Positions 6,901 through 15,626 of a stretch of DNA of 48,826 nt are shown here, in pieces; the stretch's first letter is position 1, and every line of letters starts with the position of its first letter. Made by a program: the position numbers and the translations under genes. Location of the stretch: the NCBI GenBank assembly GCA_011524675.1, contig WTJX01000555.1:3034-51859 (forward strand). The letters run 5' to 3'. Source of the stretch: Cytophagales bacterium. GTDB lineage: Bacteria > Bacteroidota > Bacteroidia > Cytophagales > JAAEPT01. The notes beneath the pieces are model-generated. The model was not told where the DNA came from and did not search any database. It saw only the letters and a program-made list of their open reading frames with translations.

Positions 6901-8933
6901 GTGATTCGATAATTTTTGAAGACCCAAATAATCCATTTATAGGAATTGCAACCAGTAACCCAAGCTATCCTCTTGATGTAGATGGTGATAATGCTATAGC
7001 CATTAATGGCACTGCTATTGCGCACCAATCAAGCGGGCCTATTCCTGGCGCACCTAACGCAAGTGGTATTATACAGCTTGGAGATGTAGATGGTGGCGCA
7101 AATGTTTTAGGCTTGATGGATGATGCTTCTACAGAAGTAGTAAGAATACAGAGAGACTCTAACAGTGTCAGCGAAGTAATCTTTTATGATACAGTTCGAG
7201 CGCAGTTTGGGGATTCAATTACTGGTAGCGGTGCACAAGGAGAAATATATTCAGATGGTAATAATTTCCGTATAGCAGAAATTGGCGGTGGAAATTTATA
7301 TCTATCAGGTTCAGAAGTAATTATAAATGACACTACAACTGGCCTACAATACTTTCATGGTACGAATGGTACAACTGTAAAGCTTTATGGAAATGACCCT
7401 CTTGCTGGTTCTACTATTCAGTTAGAAACAGCTTCCACTGGCGTTACTATTAATAATGACTTAACGCTTGCTGATTATGGTCAAGCTGGTAAAGGAGGAA
7501 CTGTTGCGTTTAATTTGGCTGTAGATTCTACTGGAAAAGTTATTCAGACTACTGATGGGGGTGGAACAGTTACAGGAACTGGAACTACTAACAAACTTCC
7601 TATATGGACTGATGGCCCTGCTGGAGAATTAGGAGATAGCGGTTTAACACAAGATAATGCTGGACTAACATTTACTATTAATGGCAACAATTCTGTTTTA
7701 GGAAATGCAGGAAATTTATCATTAGCTGGTCAAATAACTACTGGTTCAGTAACTCAAGGAACTTCTACATTTAGTAACGTAGTTGCTGTAGCAACAAGGT
7801 TGGACGCTGGTACAACCGCTGCAGCTGGAGCTACAGCTTTAGATGTAAAACAAAAAGCTTTCGTAAGAGCAGGTCTTGTAGTAAGCGAGTTCCCAGGAAA
7901 TGTCACAGTTGATAACACAGCCATTGTAGTTGGTGCTGGTAATAATGATATTGTTACTGGCTCTGACCATTGTATAGCTGTTGGTAATGGTAATCAAATT
8001 AATAATAACTCTGATAATTCAGCTGTATTTGGCCAGGGTAACACAATTGATGAAGCTGACGCATGTTTGGTAGCTGGACTAACTAATAGTATTACAGGAA
8101 CTCAAGGAATAACTGAAAGGTCTGCAGTAGTAGGTTTTAACAATTCATTACAAGGATATGCTTCAGCAGTTTATGGAGGGTCAAGCACAGTTGTAGTTGA
8201 TAACAATGCTTTTGTATTAGGATTTGACCACGATGTTAATGCTCCAAACTCTGATTCTATATTTGTATTTGGAGAACAAAATGACTTTGCAGATGGTGGA
8301 ACTAATGCTGCTAACGTCTTTATGATAGGAGCTGACCTTGCTGGAAACGATGGCACAATGGTTCTTGGATATAGAAACGATAACACACAATATCCAGCTG
8401 AGAATAACATAAATGGTCTTGGTGAAACTAAATTTGTAGTAGCTGTAGGTTCTGCGCCAAATAACACAAATCAAGTAAATGCACTTTTAATTACAGAAGG
8501 TGGGGTTAACAAATCAAATACACCTCAAATACCTCGCGTAATAATGCCATCTGTAACTAATTTTGAGTTTGATGATGACCCTGACGCAACCGCCAATGCT
8601 ATACCGCAAGGTGGGTTATATCACAAAAATGGTAATTTATATATTAACACTGGTAGCTCAACAATAACTCGTGGAACATGGACACCAAGTTTGGGTAGTA
8701 TAGGAGCTTCAAATTTTAATTTTACACCTACAGTTCAAGGTGGTGAATTTAAACGCATAGAAGATATGATGTTTTGTTACTTCACTTTAGCTGGAACAGT
8801 AACTTACAATACAAGTAATGGCGGTTTCCCTTTACTAACTGGACTTCCAGCCAGTTACACTGTTCGCACAAATCCGTTTCAAGAACTGCTATCAGGAACG
8901 ATAACACACAATATCCAGCTGAGAATAACATAA
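3981..8933 (+). CDS. tail fibre / adhesin-like protein, C-terminally truncated by a 521-bp tandem duplication
   Basis: 1650 aa, Gly/Ser/Thr/Asn/Ala-rich. Contains long runs of YadA-head/Hep_Hag-like repeats (SIAMGSGTSA, AVAIGESNTAG, SVAIGDNNTIS ...) and repeated 'VDSTGKVI' modules. The frame is broken at the duplication junction (8896/8897) and ends in ...SGTI-THNIQLRIT*. Confidence 0.8.
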   Translation: MAKISNKIAYPGANPIEGEDYLIGTDANSSPIELQTKTFLISDLKSFIIDDLFDGVAYRLPVFTAAAEGEDSEKIVPSIVKQDVAQVSGTSILGTTITIDNNAGGGSLVVTDAFTPFGLSTFEGDVILKKTNTLVGDAELYLLGKIYDANSNLGNNEQVLVSDGLGNVTWQNFQGSGLEFQGAWDARTVAEGGLTDGGNPDLQNIQLIPGNTGKYWVVSQAGSASLQGQTGTITQWSPGDWAIVSEDDAGNVFWDKIDNSSVDGAGTENNIAMWTSAKTLGNAAPVTMIQDPDPNVSTLTFSGGNKVVFDTAIELQQEVFDNGANAGTSNDILVSDSSSQLSYQNLSTIHVNSAEKLTQQVIFREAVTVGDPVYIVGYNNGQSLTEVEKADASDVNKMAAIGLAKQTKLANEIGDIVISGDFPDIDTSSYTVGDSLYVAVGGGLTNTKPIVPNLIQKIAIVSRSNANNGDIEVFAVGRTNDVPNLTEGRIFVGSAANTIESDTVFLNESKHSATIGANTNSATADFSIAMGSGTSATEIAATAMGTGTTASGAASVAMGDTSTAIGDYSFVVGLSSNATAQHAVAIGESNTAGSPNSVAIGDNNTISTQQGGIAIGTQNTVNGGNAFALGSQVTASGNTSLATGYQTSVLGNYSISSGLSTETKGQQSIAGGIGSVVRSSSDNSIAFGNKVIAGLGITDYKENAAFGFETLAGGSFGSFAMGWRSFNVGSEGLASGHGSFVSGHGSGALGEGSSVTDVAAGVLNTSSGVNTTQFQLINVVGGANIQVGDTIYNNGSGSQDWTESNDFRINTIVSANQQATTPAGDVYFITVNAPGFKTNQGETVSIVRTVNATEGSFAIGAHSITLGNRSTSIGYFAKAESDQSVAIGEHAWTKNTGSVSIGKYAIDDAAEQVAIGGTTVRLNAYGTGTPITGTVVANLGVDSTGKVIETDPSVDGSGTVDFVPKWTPDGNTLGDSIIFEDPNNPFIGIATSNPSYPLDVDGDNAIAINGTAIAHQSSGPIPGAPNASGIIQLGDVDGGANVLGLMDDASTEVVRIQRDSNSVSEVIFYDTVRAQFGDSITGSGAQGEIYSDGNNFRIAEIGGGNLYLSGSEVIINDTTTGLQYFHGTNGTTVKLYGNDPLAGSTIQLETASTGVTINNDLTLADYGQAGKGGTVAFNLAVDSTGKVIQTTDGGGTVTGTGTTNKLPIWTDGPAGELGDSGLTQDNAGLTFTINGNNSVLGNAGNLSLAGQITTGSVTQGTSTFSNVVAVATRLDAGTTAAAGATALDVKQKAFVRAGLVVSEFPGNVTVDNTAIVVGAGNNDIVTGSDHCIAVGNGNQINNNSDNSAVFGQGNTIDEADACLVAGLTNSITGTQGITERSAVVGFNNSLQGYASAVYGGSSTVVVDNNAFVLGFDHDVNAPNSDSIFVFGEQNDFADGGTNAANVFMIGADLAGNDGTMVLGYRNDNTQYPAENNINGLGETKFVVAVGSAPNNTNQVNALLITEGGVNKSNTPQIPRVIMPSVTNFEFDDDPDATANAIPQGGLYHKNGNLYINTGSSTITRGTWTPSLGSIGASNFNFTPTVQGGEFKRIEDMMFCYFTLAGTVTYNTSNGGFPLLTGLPASYTVRTNPFQELLSGTITHNIQLRIT
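8376..8896. repeat. tandem direct repeat, copy 1 (521 bp)
   Basis: Identical by eye, base for base, to 8897-9417. AACGAT microhomology at 8376-8381. Confidence 0.9.
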
Positions 8934-9417
8934 ATGGTCTTGGTGAAACTAAATTTGTAGTAGCTGTAGGTTCTGCGCCAAATAACACAAATCAAGTAAA
9001 TGCACTTTTAATTACAGAAGGTGGGGTTAACAAATCAAATACACCTCAAATACCTCGCGTAATAATGCCATCTGTAACTAATTTTGAGTTTGATGATGAC
9101 CCTGACGCAACCGCCAATGCTATACCGCAAGGTGGGTTATATCACAAAAATGGTAATTTATATATTAACACTGGTAGCTCAACAATAACTCGTGGAACAT
9201 GGACACCAAGTTTGGGTAGTATAGGAGCTTCAAATTTTAATTTTACACCTACAGTTCAAGGTGGTGAATTTAAACGCATAGAAGATATGATGTTTTGTTA
9301 CTTCACTTTAGCTGGAACAGTAACTTACAATACAAGTAATGGCGGTTTCCCTTTACTAACTGGACTTCCAGCCAGTTACACTGTTCGCACAAATCCGTTT
9401 CAAGAACTGCTATCAGG
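8897..9417. repeat. tandem direct repeat, copy 2 (521 bp)
   Basis: Identical to 8376-8896. AACGAT occurs at 8897-8902 and again just past the repeat at 9418-9423. Confidence 0.9.
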
Positions 9418-9604
9418 AACGATTAAAAAGGCTTCAGGCTTGAGCGCTTTGATTACAGGATTTACTAATGGGCCTGGTAGTCAGGACGTTTCGTTTGAGG
9501 TAATAAGTGGCAATAATACTATACAAATGGCAACCAATAATACAGGAATACAAAGCGGAGTTGCCTTTTCTATACGAGGAAGCTTAACGTATATCATACA
9601 ATAA
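9065..9604 (+). CDS. detached C-terminal fragment of the tail fibre (179 aa), carrying the authentic C-terminus
   Basis: Its first 120 aa (MPSVTNFEF...QELLSGTI) are identical to residues inside the 3981..8933 product. Its last 59 aa (KKASGLSAL...GSLTYIIQ) occur nowhere else. Whether it is translated independently is unknown. Confidence 0.5.
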   Translation: MPSVTNFEFDDDPDATANAIPQGGLYHKNGNLYINTGSSTITRGTWTPSLGSIGASNFNFTPTVQGGEFKRIEDMMFCYFTLAGTVTYNTSNGGFPLLTGLPASYTVRTNPFQELLSGTIKKASGLSALITGFTNGPGSQDVSFEVISGNNTIQMATNNTGIQSGVAFSIRGSLTYIIQ

Positions 9605-9612
9605 CTGATAAC

Positions 9613-9831
9613 ATGGAAAAAACATTACAAAATATTGAAGTTAATGAAGATAAGTCTTTACTGGTTATTTCCAAATGGGATGACGGAACTTTTGATGTAA
9701 CAAGCTATGAGCCTTTTACTGCTATTGAAGACTTGCCTTCTGATGTTCAATCAAAAGCCACTGAAGAGTGGACGCAAGAAGTTATAGATGAGTGGCAGTC
9801 GAAAGCTAACGACTGGATAAATGCTCAATAA
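9613..9831 (+). CDS. small acidic protein, unknown function
   Basis: 72-aa ORF, Asp/Glu-rich with several Trp. Confidence 0.5.
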   Translation: MEKTLQNIEVNEDKSLLVISKWDDGTFDVTSYEPFTAIEDLPSDVQSKATEEWTQEVIDEWQSKANDWINAQ

Positions 9832-9851
9832 ATAAATTAAAATAAAATTAA

Positions 9852-10076
9852 ATGGATATAAGAAAAATATCAGTTGGCCCTGATTATAAGTCAGGCGCAA
9901 TGCACTACTTGGTAGGTCAAGAAGTTTTAGGTGGTAACTACGTTATTCATTTAATTAAGTATGATGACCTAAAAGAATCTTTCAAAATTTATATTCAAGA
10001 TAATGAGGTCGTGATGCTGTGGAAAGAGTTTACTTCCACAATGCCAATATCAATTGAATATAATATAAACTTTTGA
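9852..10076 (+). CDS. hypothetical protein
   Basis: 74-aa ORF. Its stop overlaps the next ORF's TTG start (TTGA). Confidence 0.5.
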   Translation: MDIRKISVGPDYKSGAMHYLVGQEVLGGNYVIHLIKYDDLKESFKIYIQDNEVVMLWKEFTSTMPISIEYNINF

Positions 10077-10636
10077 AATCACCATTTAACTTTATAGTAC
10101 AGCCTTTTGAAGAGAAAAGATACAACAATACAAAAAGTATTGGCGGTATAGATTTTGTTGTAAGCACATCAGAAGAAGACGTAAAACACTCAAACAGAGA
10201 AGCTGTTGTAATATCTACTCCTATTAATTACTGTGGAGATATAGAGCCTGGAGACATACTTTTAGTACATCATAATGTATTTAAGTTCTATAATGATATG
10301 TATGGACGAAGAAAAAGCGGTAAAAGCTTTTTAAAAGATAATCTGTTTTTGGTAGATAATGACCAGTTTTTTATGTACAAAAAAATACACAACTGGTATG
10401 CGCACGACAGATATTGTTTTGTTGAACCTCTTCCAACTGAGGAGTCGATTATTTTTAAAAATACAAAAGAAGAACCATTGGTTGGTAAAATGGTTTATCC
10501 AAACCGAGCTTTGACTCGCCAAGGCGTAAAGAAAGGAGACAAAGTTTCTTTCAAGCCTGATAGCGAGTATGAGTTTGAAGTAGACGGAAGAAAGCTTTAC
10601 AGAATGTATGACCATCAAATAACAATGGTGCTATGA
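10073..10636 (+). CDS. hypothetical protein; tentative GroES/gp31-like beta-barrel(s)
   Basis: 187 aa. 'FNFIVQPFEE..TKSIGGIDFVV....EAVVIS.......IEPGDILLVHHNVF' and a second 'LVGKMVY.......VKKGDKVSF' resemble the GroES pattern (I.P..drvlv....e.t.gGI.l......g.Vvav....v..GD.V.f). This is pattern recognition only. Confidence 0.45.
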   Translation: MKSPFNFIVQPFEEKRYNNTKSIGGIDFVVSTSEEDVKHSNREAVVISTPINYCGDIEPGDILLVHHNVFKFYNDMYGRRKSGKSFLKDNLFLVDNDQFFMYKKIHNWYAHDRYCFVEPLPTEESIIFKNTKEEPLVGKMVYPNRALTRQGVKKGDKVSFKPDSEYEFEVDGRKLYRMYDHQITMVL

Positions 10637-10914
10637 AATCTACAGAAGAAATTAAATTGCAGATTATAGACGCAGGACGTAGAGCTGTTGAACAGTTAAT
10701 AAAAGTCGCAAAAGAAGATATCATCAAACCTGACCCTGAAGACGACTTAGCTGCTGACAGATTAAAAAACGCAGCAGCTACAAAAAAGTTAGCAATCTTT
10801 GACGCATTTGAGATTTTAAACAGAATTGAAAGTGAAAAAGAAGCATTATCTTTAGGTAACACTAATACTAAATTAGATTCAAAACAAGGGTTTGCAGAAA
10901 GAAGGTCAAAATAA
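10633..10914 (+). CDS. small helical protein; candidate small terminase subunit by position only
   Basis: 93 aa, ATGA-coupled upstream, overlaps the terL start. Charged helical composition. No motif evidence. Confidence 0.35.
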   Translation: MKSTEEIKLQIIDAGRRAVEQLIKVAKEDIIKPDPEDDLAADRLKNAAATKKLAIFDAFEILNRIESEKEALSLGNTNTKLDSKQGFAERRSK

Positions 10915-13138
10915 TTTATATTCAGTAGCACATGATTATGTGCGTAAGTCTGTTATAACCAACAAAAATAGAAATAGAAGTTGGGTGTATGGCTATAACC
11001 CAAAGTATGATATGGTGGTCATATCTAAAACAGGTCAAATCGGAGATGTAATAAATATAAACGGATTATTTATTGCTCTACCAAAAACTCCAAAACAGTG
11101 TCTTCAAAGACACTCTTCTTCTGATAAACAATATTGGGAACGAGAAGAACTTCCAAAACCATTATCCAGAATACAATCTATATTTCAGTGGAATGAAATG
11201 TCATCTGATTTCAAAAACAGATGGGTTGATTATATAGAAAGTGAATTTGATAAAAGAGAACAAGGATTGTGGTTTATGAATGGTGGCAAGCCTACTTATA
11301 TAACTGGAGCTCATTATATGTATTTGCAATGGACTAATATAGACGTGGGGTATCCAGAGTATCGCGAAGCTAATCGTTTGTTCTACATATACTGGGAAGC
11401 TTGCAAAGCAGACAAAAGATGTTTTGGAATGATATACTTAAAAATCAGACGTTCAGGGTTTTCTTTTATGGGGTCTTCAGAATGTATTAACACAGGAACA
11501 TTAGCAAAAGATTCAAGGGTTGGCATATTGTCTAAAACTGGTGCTGATGCTAAAAAAATGTTTACTGACAAAGTAGTTCCTATATCAAATCGACTACCAT
11601 TCTTTTTTAAACCTATTCAAGATGGTATGGATAAACCGAAAACTGAATTAGCTTTTAGAATACCAGCATCAAAGATTACGAAAAAAAATATGTATGATGT
11701 AGAGTCTGAAGAGCTGTACGGCCTTGACACTACAATAGATTGGAAAAATACAGACGACAACAGTTACGATGGTGAAAAGCTTTTACTACTTGTACACGAT
11801 GAAAGCGGTAAGTGGGTAAAGCCAAACAACATTCTAAACAACTGGCGAGTAACCAAAACTTGTTTGCGTTTAGGTAGCAGAATAATTGGCAAATGTATGA
11901 TGGGGTCTACTTCAAATGCTTTAGACAAAGGAGGAGATAATTTTAAAAAGCTATATTACGATTCAGATGTTACTAATCGAAACGCAAACGGCCAAACTAA
12001 AAGCGGACTATATTCTTTGTTTATACCTATGGAGTGGAACATGGAAGGTTTTATTGATAGGTATGGCATGCCTGTTTTCAAAACTCCTCAATCACCCAAA
12101 GTAGACTCTTATGGTGAGTATATTGACCAAGGCGCTTTGAATTATTGGGAAAATGAAGTCTCATCTTTAAAATCTGACCCTGACGCTCTCAACGAGTTTT
12201 ACAGGCAGTTCCCTCGCACAGAGTCGCATGCGTTTAGAGATGAAAGCAAACAGTCTTTATTTAATCTAACTCGCATATATCAACAAATTGATTACAATGA
12301 TTCCATGATAAAAGAGCATTATTTAACAAGAGGTTCTTTTTCGTGGAAGGATGGAATAAAAGACACGACTGTTATATGGTCACCAGATAAGCGAGGTAGG
12401 TTTTTAGTTTCCTGGTTGCCGAGTGCAAATTTACAAAATAGAATTGTAAAAAAGAATGGTAAAATGTATCCAGGCAATGAGCACTTAGGAGCGTTTGGAT
12501 GTGACAGCTATGACATTTCAGGAACAGTTGGCGGTAAAGGTTCAAACGGAGCTCTTCATGGACTAACAAAGTTTAATATGGATAATGCGCCCAGCAATGA
12601 GTTTTTTTTAGAATATATAGCCAGACCACAAACAGCTGAAATATTCTTTGAGGACGTGCTTATGGCGTGTGTATTTTATGGGATGCCTATCCTGGTGGAA
12701 AACAACAAGCCACGTTTGTTGTATCATTTTAAAAACAGAGGATACAGAGGGTATAGTATGAATCGTCCTGACAAACAATTTAACAGACTTTCTAAAACAG
12801 AAAGAGAACTGGGGGGTATACCCAACAGTAGTGAAGATATTAAACAAGCTCACGCATCAGCAATCGAGTCTTACATAGAAAAATATGTAGGTATAGATTT
12901 AGATGGCACTTTTAGAGACTCAGATGCAATGGGAACTATGCCTTTTATTAGGACTTTAGAGGATTGGGCAAAGTTTGATATTAGCAACAGAACGCGCTTT
13001 GATGCGTCTATTAGCTCTGGTTTAGCTATTATGGCGTGTCAAAAGCACTTATATATGCCTGAAAGAAAAGAATCAAAAATAAAACTTAACTTTGCAAGGT
13101 ATACTAACAAGGGAGTATTAAGTGAACTAATAAGATAG
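10892..13138 (+). CDS. terL: terminase large subunit
   Basis: 748 aa directly upstream of the portal gene. Deviant Walker-A-like 'LKIRRSGFSF', Walker-B-like 'LLLVHDESG', and acidic nuclease-half motifs ('AFGCDSYD'). The start is uncertain: TTG at 10892, and the first in-frame ATG is codon 41 (nt 11012). Confidence 0.75.
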   Translation: MQKEGQNNLYSVAHDYVRKSVITNKNRNRSWVYGYNPKYDMVVISKTGQIGDVININGLFIALPKTPKQCLQRHSSSDKQYWEREELPKPLSRIQSIFQWNEMSSDFKNRWVDYIESEFDKREQGLWFMNGGKPTYITGAHYMYLQWTNIDVGYPEYREANRLFYIYWEACKADKRCFGMIYLKIRRSGFSFMGSSECINTGTLAKDSRVGILSKTGADAKKMFTDKVVPISNRLPFFFKPIQDGMDKPKTELAFRIPASKITKKNMYDVESEELYGLDTTIDWKNTDDNSYDGEKLLLLVHDESGKWVKPNNILNNWRVTKTCLRLGSRIIGKCMMGSTSNALDKGGDNFKKLYYDSDVTNRNANGQTKSGLYSLFIPMEWNMEGFIDRYGMPVFKTPQSPKVDSYGEYIDQGALNYWENEVSSLKSDPDALNEFYRQFPRTESHAFRDESKQSLFNLTRIYQQIDYNDSMIKEHYLTRGSFSWKDGIKDTTVIWSPDKRGRFLVSWLPSANLQNRIVKKNGKMYPGNEHLGAFGCDSYDISGTVGGKGSNGALHGLTKFNMDNAPSNEFFLEYIARPQTAEIFFEDVLMACVFYGMPILVENNKPRLLYHFKNRGYRGYSMNRPDKQFNRLSKTERELGGIPNSSEDIKQAHASAIESYIEKYVGIDLDGTFRDSDAMGTMPFIRTLEDWAKFDISNRTRFDASISSGLAIMACQKHLYMPERKESKIKLNFARYTNKGVLSELIR

Positions 13139-15574
13139 ATGAAAGACGTTAAAGTAGATATTTCATCTGTAGGTTTTCCAAGCCAGTTTGTGTCTGATGC
13201 AGAAAAAGCAACAGACCAATTTGGTCTACAAATTGGACAAGCAATACAGTATGAGTGGTTTAAAAAAGATGGTAACGGATGTCGTTACTATGACCAATGG
13301 AGAAACTTTCATAGACTAAGGTTATACGCAAGAGGAGAACAATCAGTTGGTAAGTACAAAAACGAATTAGCTGTTGATGGAGACTTGTCGTATCTAAATT
13401 TAGACTGGACACCTGTACCTATTCTACCTAAGTTTGTAGACATTGTTGTAAATGGAATGTCGGATAGACTATTCAAAGTAAGTGCTTACGCACAAGACGC
13501 AATGTCGCAAGCTAAACGTAGTAAATATCAAGACCAGATAGAAGGTCAAATGGCTGCTAAAGATATTTTACTTGATATACAAAAAGCCACAGGAGCTGAC
13601 CCTTTTACCACAGACCCAGACACGCTACCAAACAATGACGAAGAGCTTTCGTTATACATGCAGCTTAACTACAAGCCAGCAATTGAAATAGCCGAAGAAG
13701 AAGCTATTAGCACCATTTTAGAAGAGAACCATTATGTTGATATACGCAAACGATTAGACTATGACTTGACTGTATTGGGTATTGCTTGTGCGAAACATGA
13801 GTTTTTGCCTGGCGCTGGTGTAGAGGTTGAGTACGTAGACCCTGCTAATATTGTATATAGTTATACAGAAGACCCACATTTCAAAGATTGTTTTTATTGG
13901 GGTGAAATAAAAACCCTACCTATTGCTGAGCTTTTAAAAATAGACCCTAACCTTACAAGAGAAGATTTAGAAGAAATAAGTAAATACTCACAAAGCTGGT
14001 ATGACTACTACAATGTAGCTCAGTTTTATGAGAATGATATTTTTTATAGAGACACTTGTACACTTATGTATTTTAATTACAAGACCACAAAAAAGATGGT
14101 CTATAAGAAAAAGATATTAGAGGGTGGTGGCAGTAAAATTATTGAGAAAGACGACCAGTTCAATCCGCCAGTCGAAATGATGGAGGAAGGAAAGTTTGAA
14201 AAGTTAGAAAAAACTATTGACGTATGGTATGATGGAATCATGGTTATGGGAACAAACATTTTATTAAAATGGGAAGTTGCCGAAAACATGGTTCGACCTA
14301 AATCAAGTAGCCAGCACGCTTTACCTAATTACGTAGCTGTTGCTCCACGTATGTACAAAGGTGTTATTGAGTCGTTAGTTAGACGAATGATACCTTTTGC
14401 TGATTTAATACAAATCACTCATTTGAAACTACAACAAGTAATTTCAAGGGTTGTTCCAGATGGGGTATTTATTGATGCAGATGGATTAAATGAAGTAGAC
14501 TTAGGAACAGGCAACGCTTATAATCCTGAGGACGCTTTACGATTGTACTTCCAAACAGGTAGCGTTATAGGCAGAAGTTATACTCAAGATGGCGACTTTA
14601 ATCAAGCAAGAGTGCCAGTTCAGCAATTAACTTCAAATAGCGGCCTTAGCAAGACTCAAATGCTTATTGCTAACTACAATCATTATTTAGACATGATACG
14701 CGCTGTAACAGGCTTAAATGAAGCGAGAGATGGCTCTACGCCAGACCCTAACTCTTTAGTTGGTTTACAGAAGCTTGCAGCTCTTAATTCTAATACCGCT
14801 ACAAGACACATATTAGATGGTAGTCTATACATATATCGAACCATTGCTGAAGCTCTTACATATAGAGTTGCAGACATATTAGAATATGCAGACTTCAAAG
14901 ATGACTTTGCTAACAAGATAGGCAAATACAATGTCAGCATACTCAATGATATATCTGATTTATATATATACGACTTTGGTATATTTATAGATGTAGCGCC
15001 TGATGAAGAAGAGAAAGCTCAGCTTGAAGCTAACATACAGATGGCTTTATCCAAACAAGATATTAATTTAGAAGACGCTATTGATATTAGGGAGATAAAA
15101 AATATTAAACTTGCAAACCAACTTCTGAAAGTTAAAAGACAACAGAAGCAAGAGCAAGATGAAAAAGCTGCAATGTTAAAACAGCAGATGCAAGCTGCGC
15201 AACAATTAAAGTCGCAACAAATGGCTGCACAAGCAGCAATGCAAAAAACACAGGCAGAGTCTCAAGCTAAGATGCAAATCAAACAAGCAGAAATTGCTTT
15301 TGAGATTGAAAAAATGAAAAATGAAGCTCAACTTAAAAGTCAATTGATGGCTCAAGAATTTGAGTACAACAAACAATTAAGAGACGTATCAGAGCAAGCC
15401 TTAGCGAGTCGTGAGCTTCAAAGAGAAAGCGCTAAGTCTAAAAGAATTAGTCAACAAAACCAGGAGCAGTCTATGCTAATTAACCAACGAAAAAACAATT
15501 TACCTCCTCAAAAGTTTGAGTCAAATGAGGACAGTTTAGATGGGTTTGATTTAGCAGAGTTTGGCCCTCGATAG
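13139..15574 (+). CDS. portal protein (by position and size)
   Basis: 811 aa. Its ATG abuts the terL stop. Gln/Ala/Lys-rich coiled-coil C-terminal tail (QQMQAAQQLKSQQMAAQAAMQKTQ...). No catalytic motifs are expected for a portal. Confidence 0.65.
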   Translation: MKDVKVDISSVGFPSQFVSDAEKATDQFGLQIGQAIQYEWFKKDGNGCRYYDQWRNFHRLRLYARGEQSVGKYKNELAVDGDLSYLNLDWTPVPILPKFVDIVVNGMSDRLFKVSAYAQDAMSQAKRSKYQDQIEGQMAAKDILLDIQKATGADPFTTDPDTLPNNDEELSLYMQLNYKPAIEIAEEEAISTILEENHYVDIRKRLDYDLTVLGIACAKHEFLPGAGVEVEYVDPANIVYSYTEDPHFKDCFYWGEIKTLPIAELLKIDPNLTREDLEEISKYSQSWYDYYNVAQFYENDIFYRDTCTLMYFNYKTTKKMVYKKKILEGGGSKIIEKDDQFNPPVEMMEEGKFEKLEKTIDVWYDGIMVMGTNILLKWEVAENMVRPKSSSQHALPNYVAVAPRMYKGVIESLVRRMIPFADLIQITHLKLQQVISRVVPDGVFIDADGLNEVDLGTGNAYNPEDALRLYFQTGSVIGRSYTQDGDFNQARVPVQQLTSNSGLSKTQMLIANYNHYLDMIRAVTGLNEARDGSTPDPNSLVGLQKLAALNSNTATRHILDGSLYIYRTIAEALTYRVADILEYADFKDDFANKIGKYNVSILNDISDLYIYDFGIFIDVAPDEEEKAQLEANIQMALSKQDINLEDAIDIREIKNIKLANQLLKVKRQQKQEQDEKAAMLKQQMQAAQQLKSQQMAAQAAMQKTQAESQAKMQIKQAEIAFEIEKMKNEAQLKSQLMAQEFEYNKQLRDVSEQALASRELQRESAKSKRISQQNQEQSMLINQRKNNLPPQKFESNEDSLDGFDLAEFGPR

Positions 15575-15601
15575 TTGAATAATTTGTAATGTTTAATGTA
15601 C

Positions 15602-15609
15602 TATATTTG
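15602..15609 (+). promoter_or_regulatory. Bacteroidota-type -7 promoter box (TATATTTG) ahead of scaffold and MCP
   Basis: Lies in the 52-nt gap between portal and scaffold and matches TAnnTTTG, 17 nt before ATG 15627. Confidence 0.45.
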
Positions 15610-15626
15610 TACTAAATTTAAATTAA

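Noticed and set aside
4235-8474. Numerous 60-100-aa minus-strand and alternate-frame ORFs inside the fibre gene (for example 4235..4447, 4682..4912, 5267..5548, 5681..5896, 6077..6295, 6497..6688, 8171..8467, 8217..8474, and 4567..4752 on the plus strand).
   Set aside because: All lie wholly inside a 5-kb ORF whose repetitive Gly/Ala/Ser/Thr codons leave other frames open. They have no independent start context or motifs and are treated as shadow ORFs.
8782-8988. Minus-strand ORF whose N-terminus (MLFGAEPTATTNLVSPRPFMLFSAGYCVLSFL) is identical to that of 8171..8467, which looks like a paralogous gene pair.
   Set aside because: The identity is a by-product of the 521-bp tandem duplication on the opposite strand of the fibre gene. 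It is not evidence of real genes.
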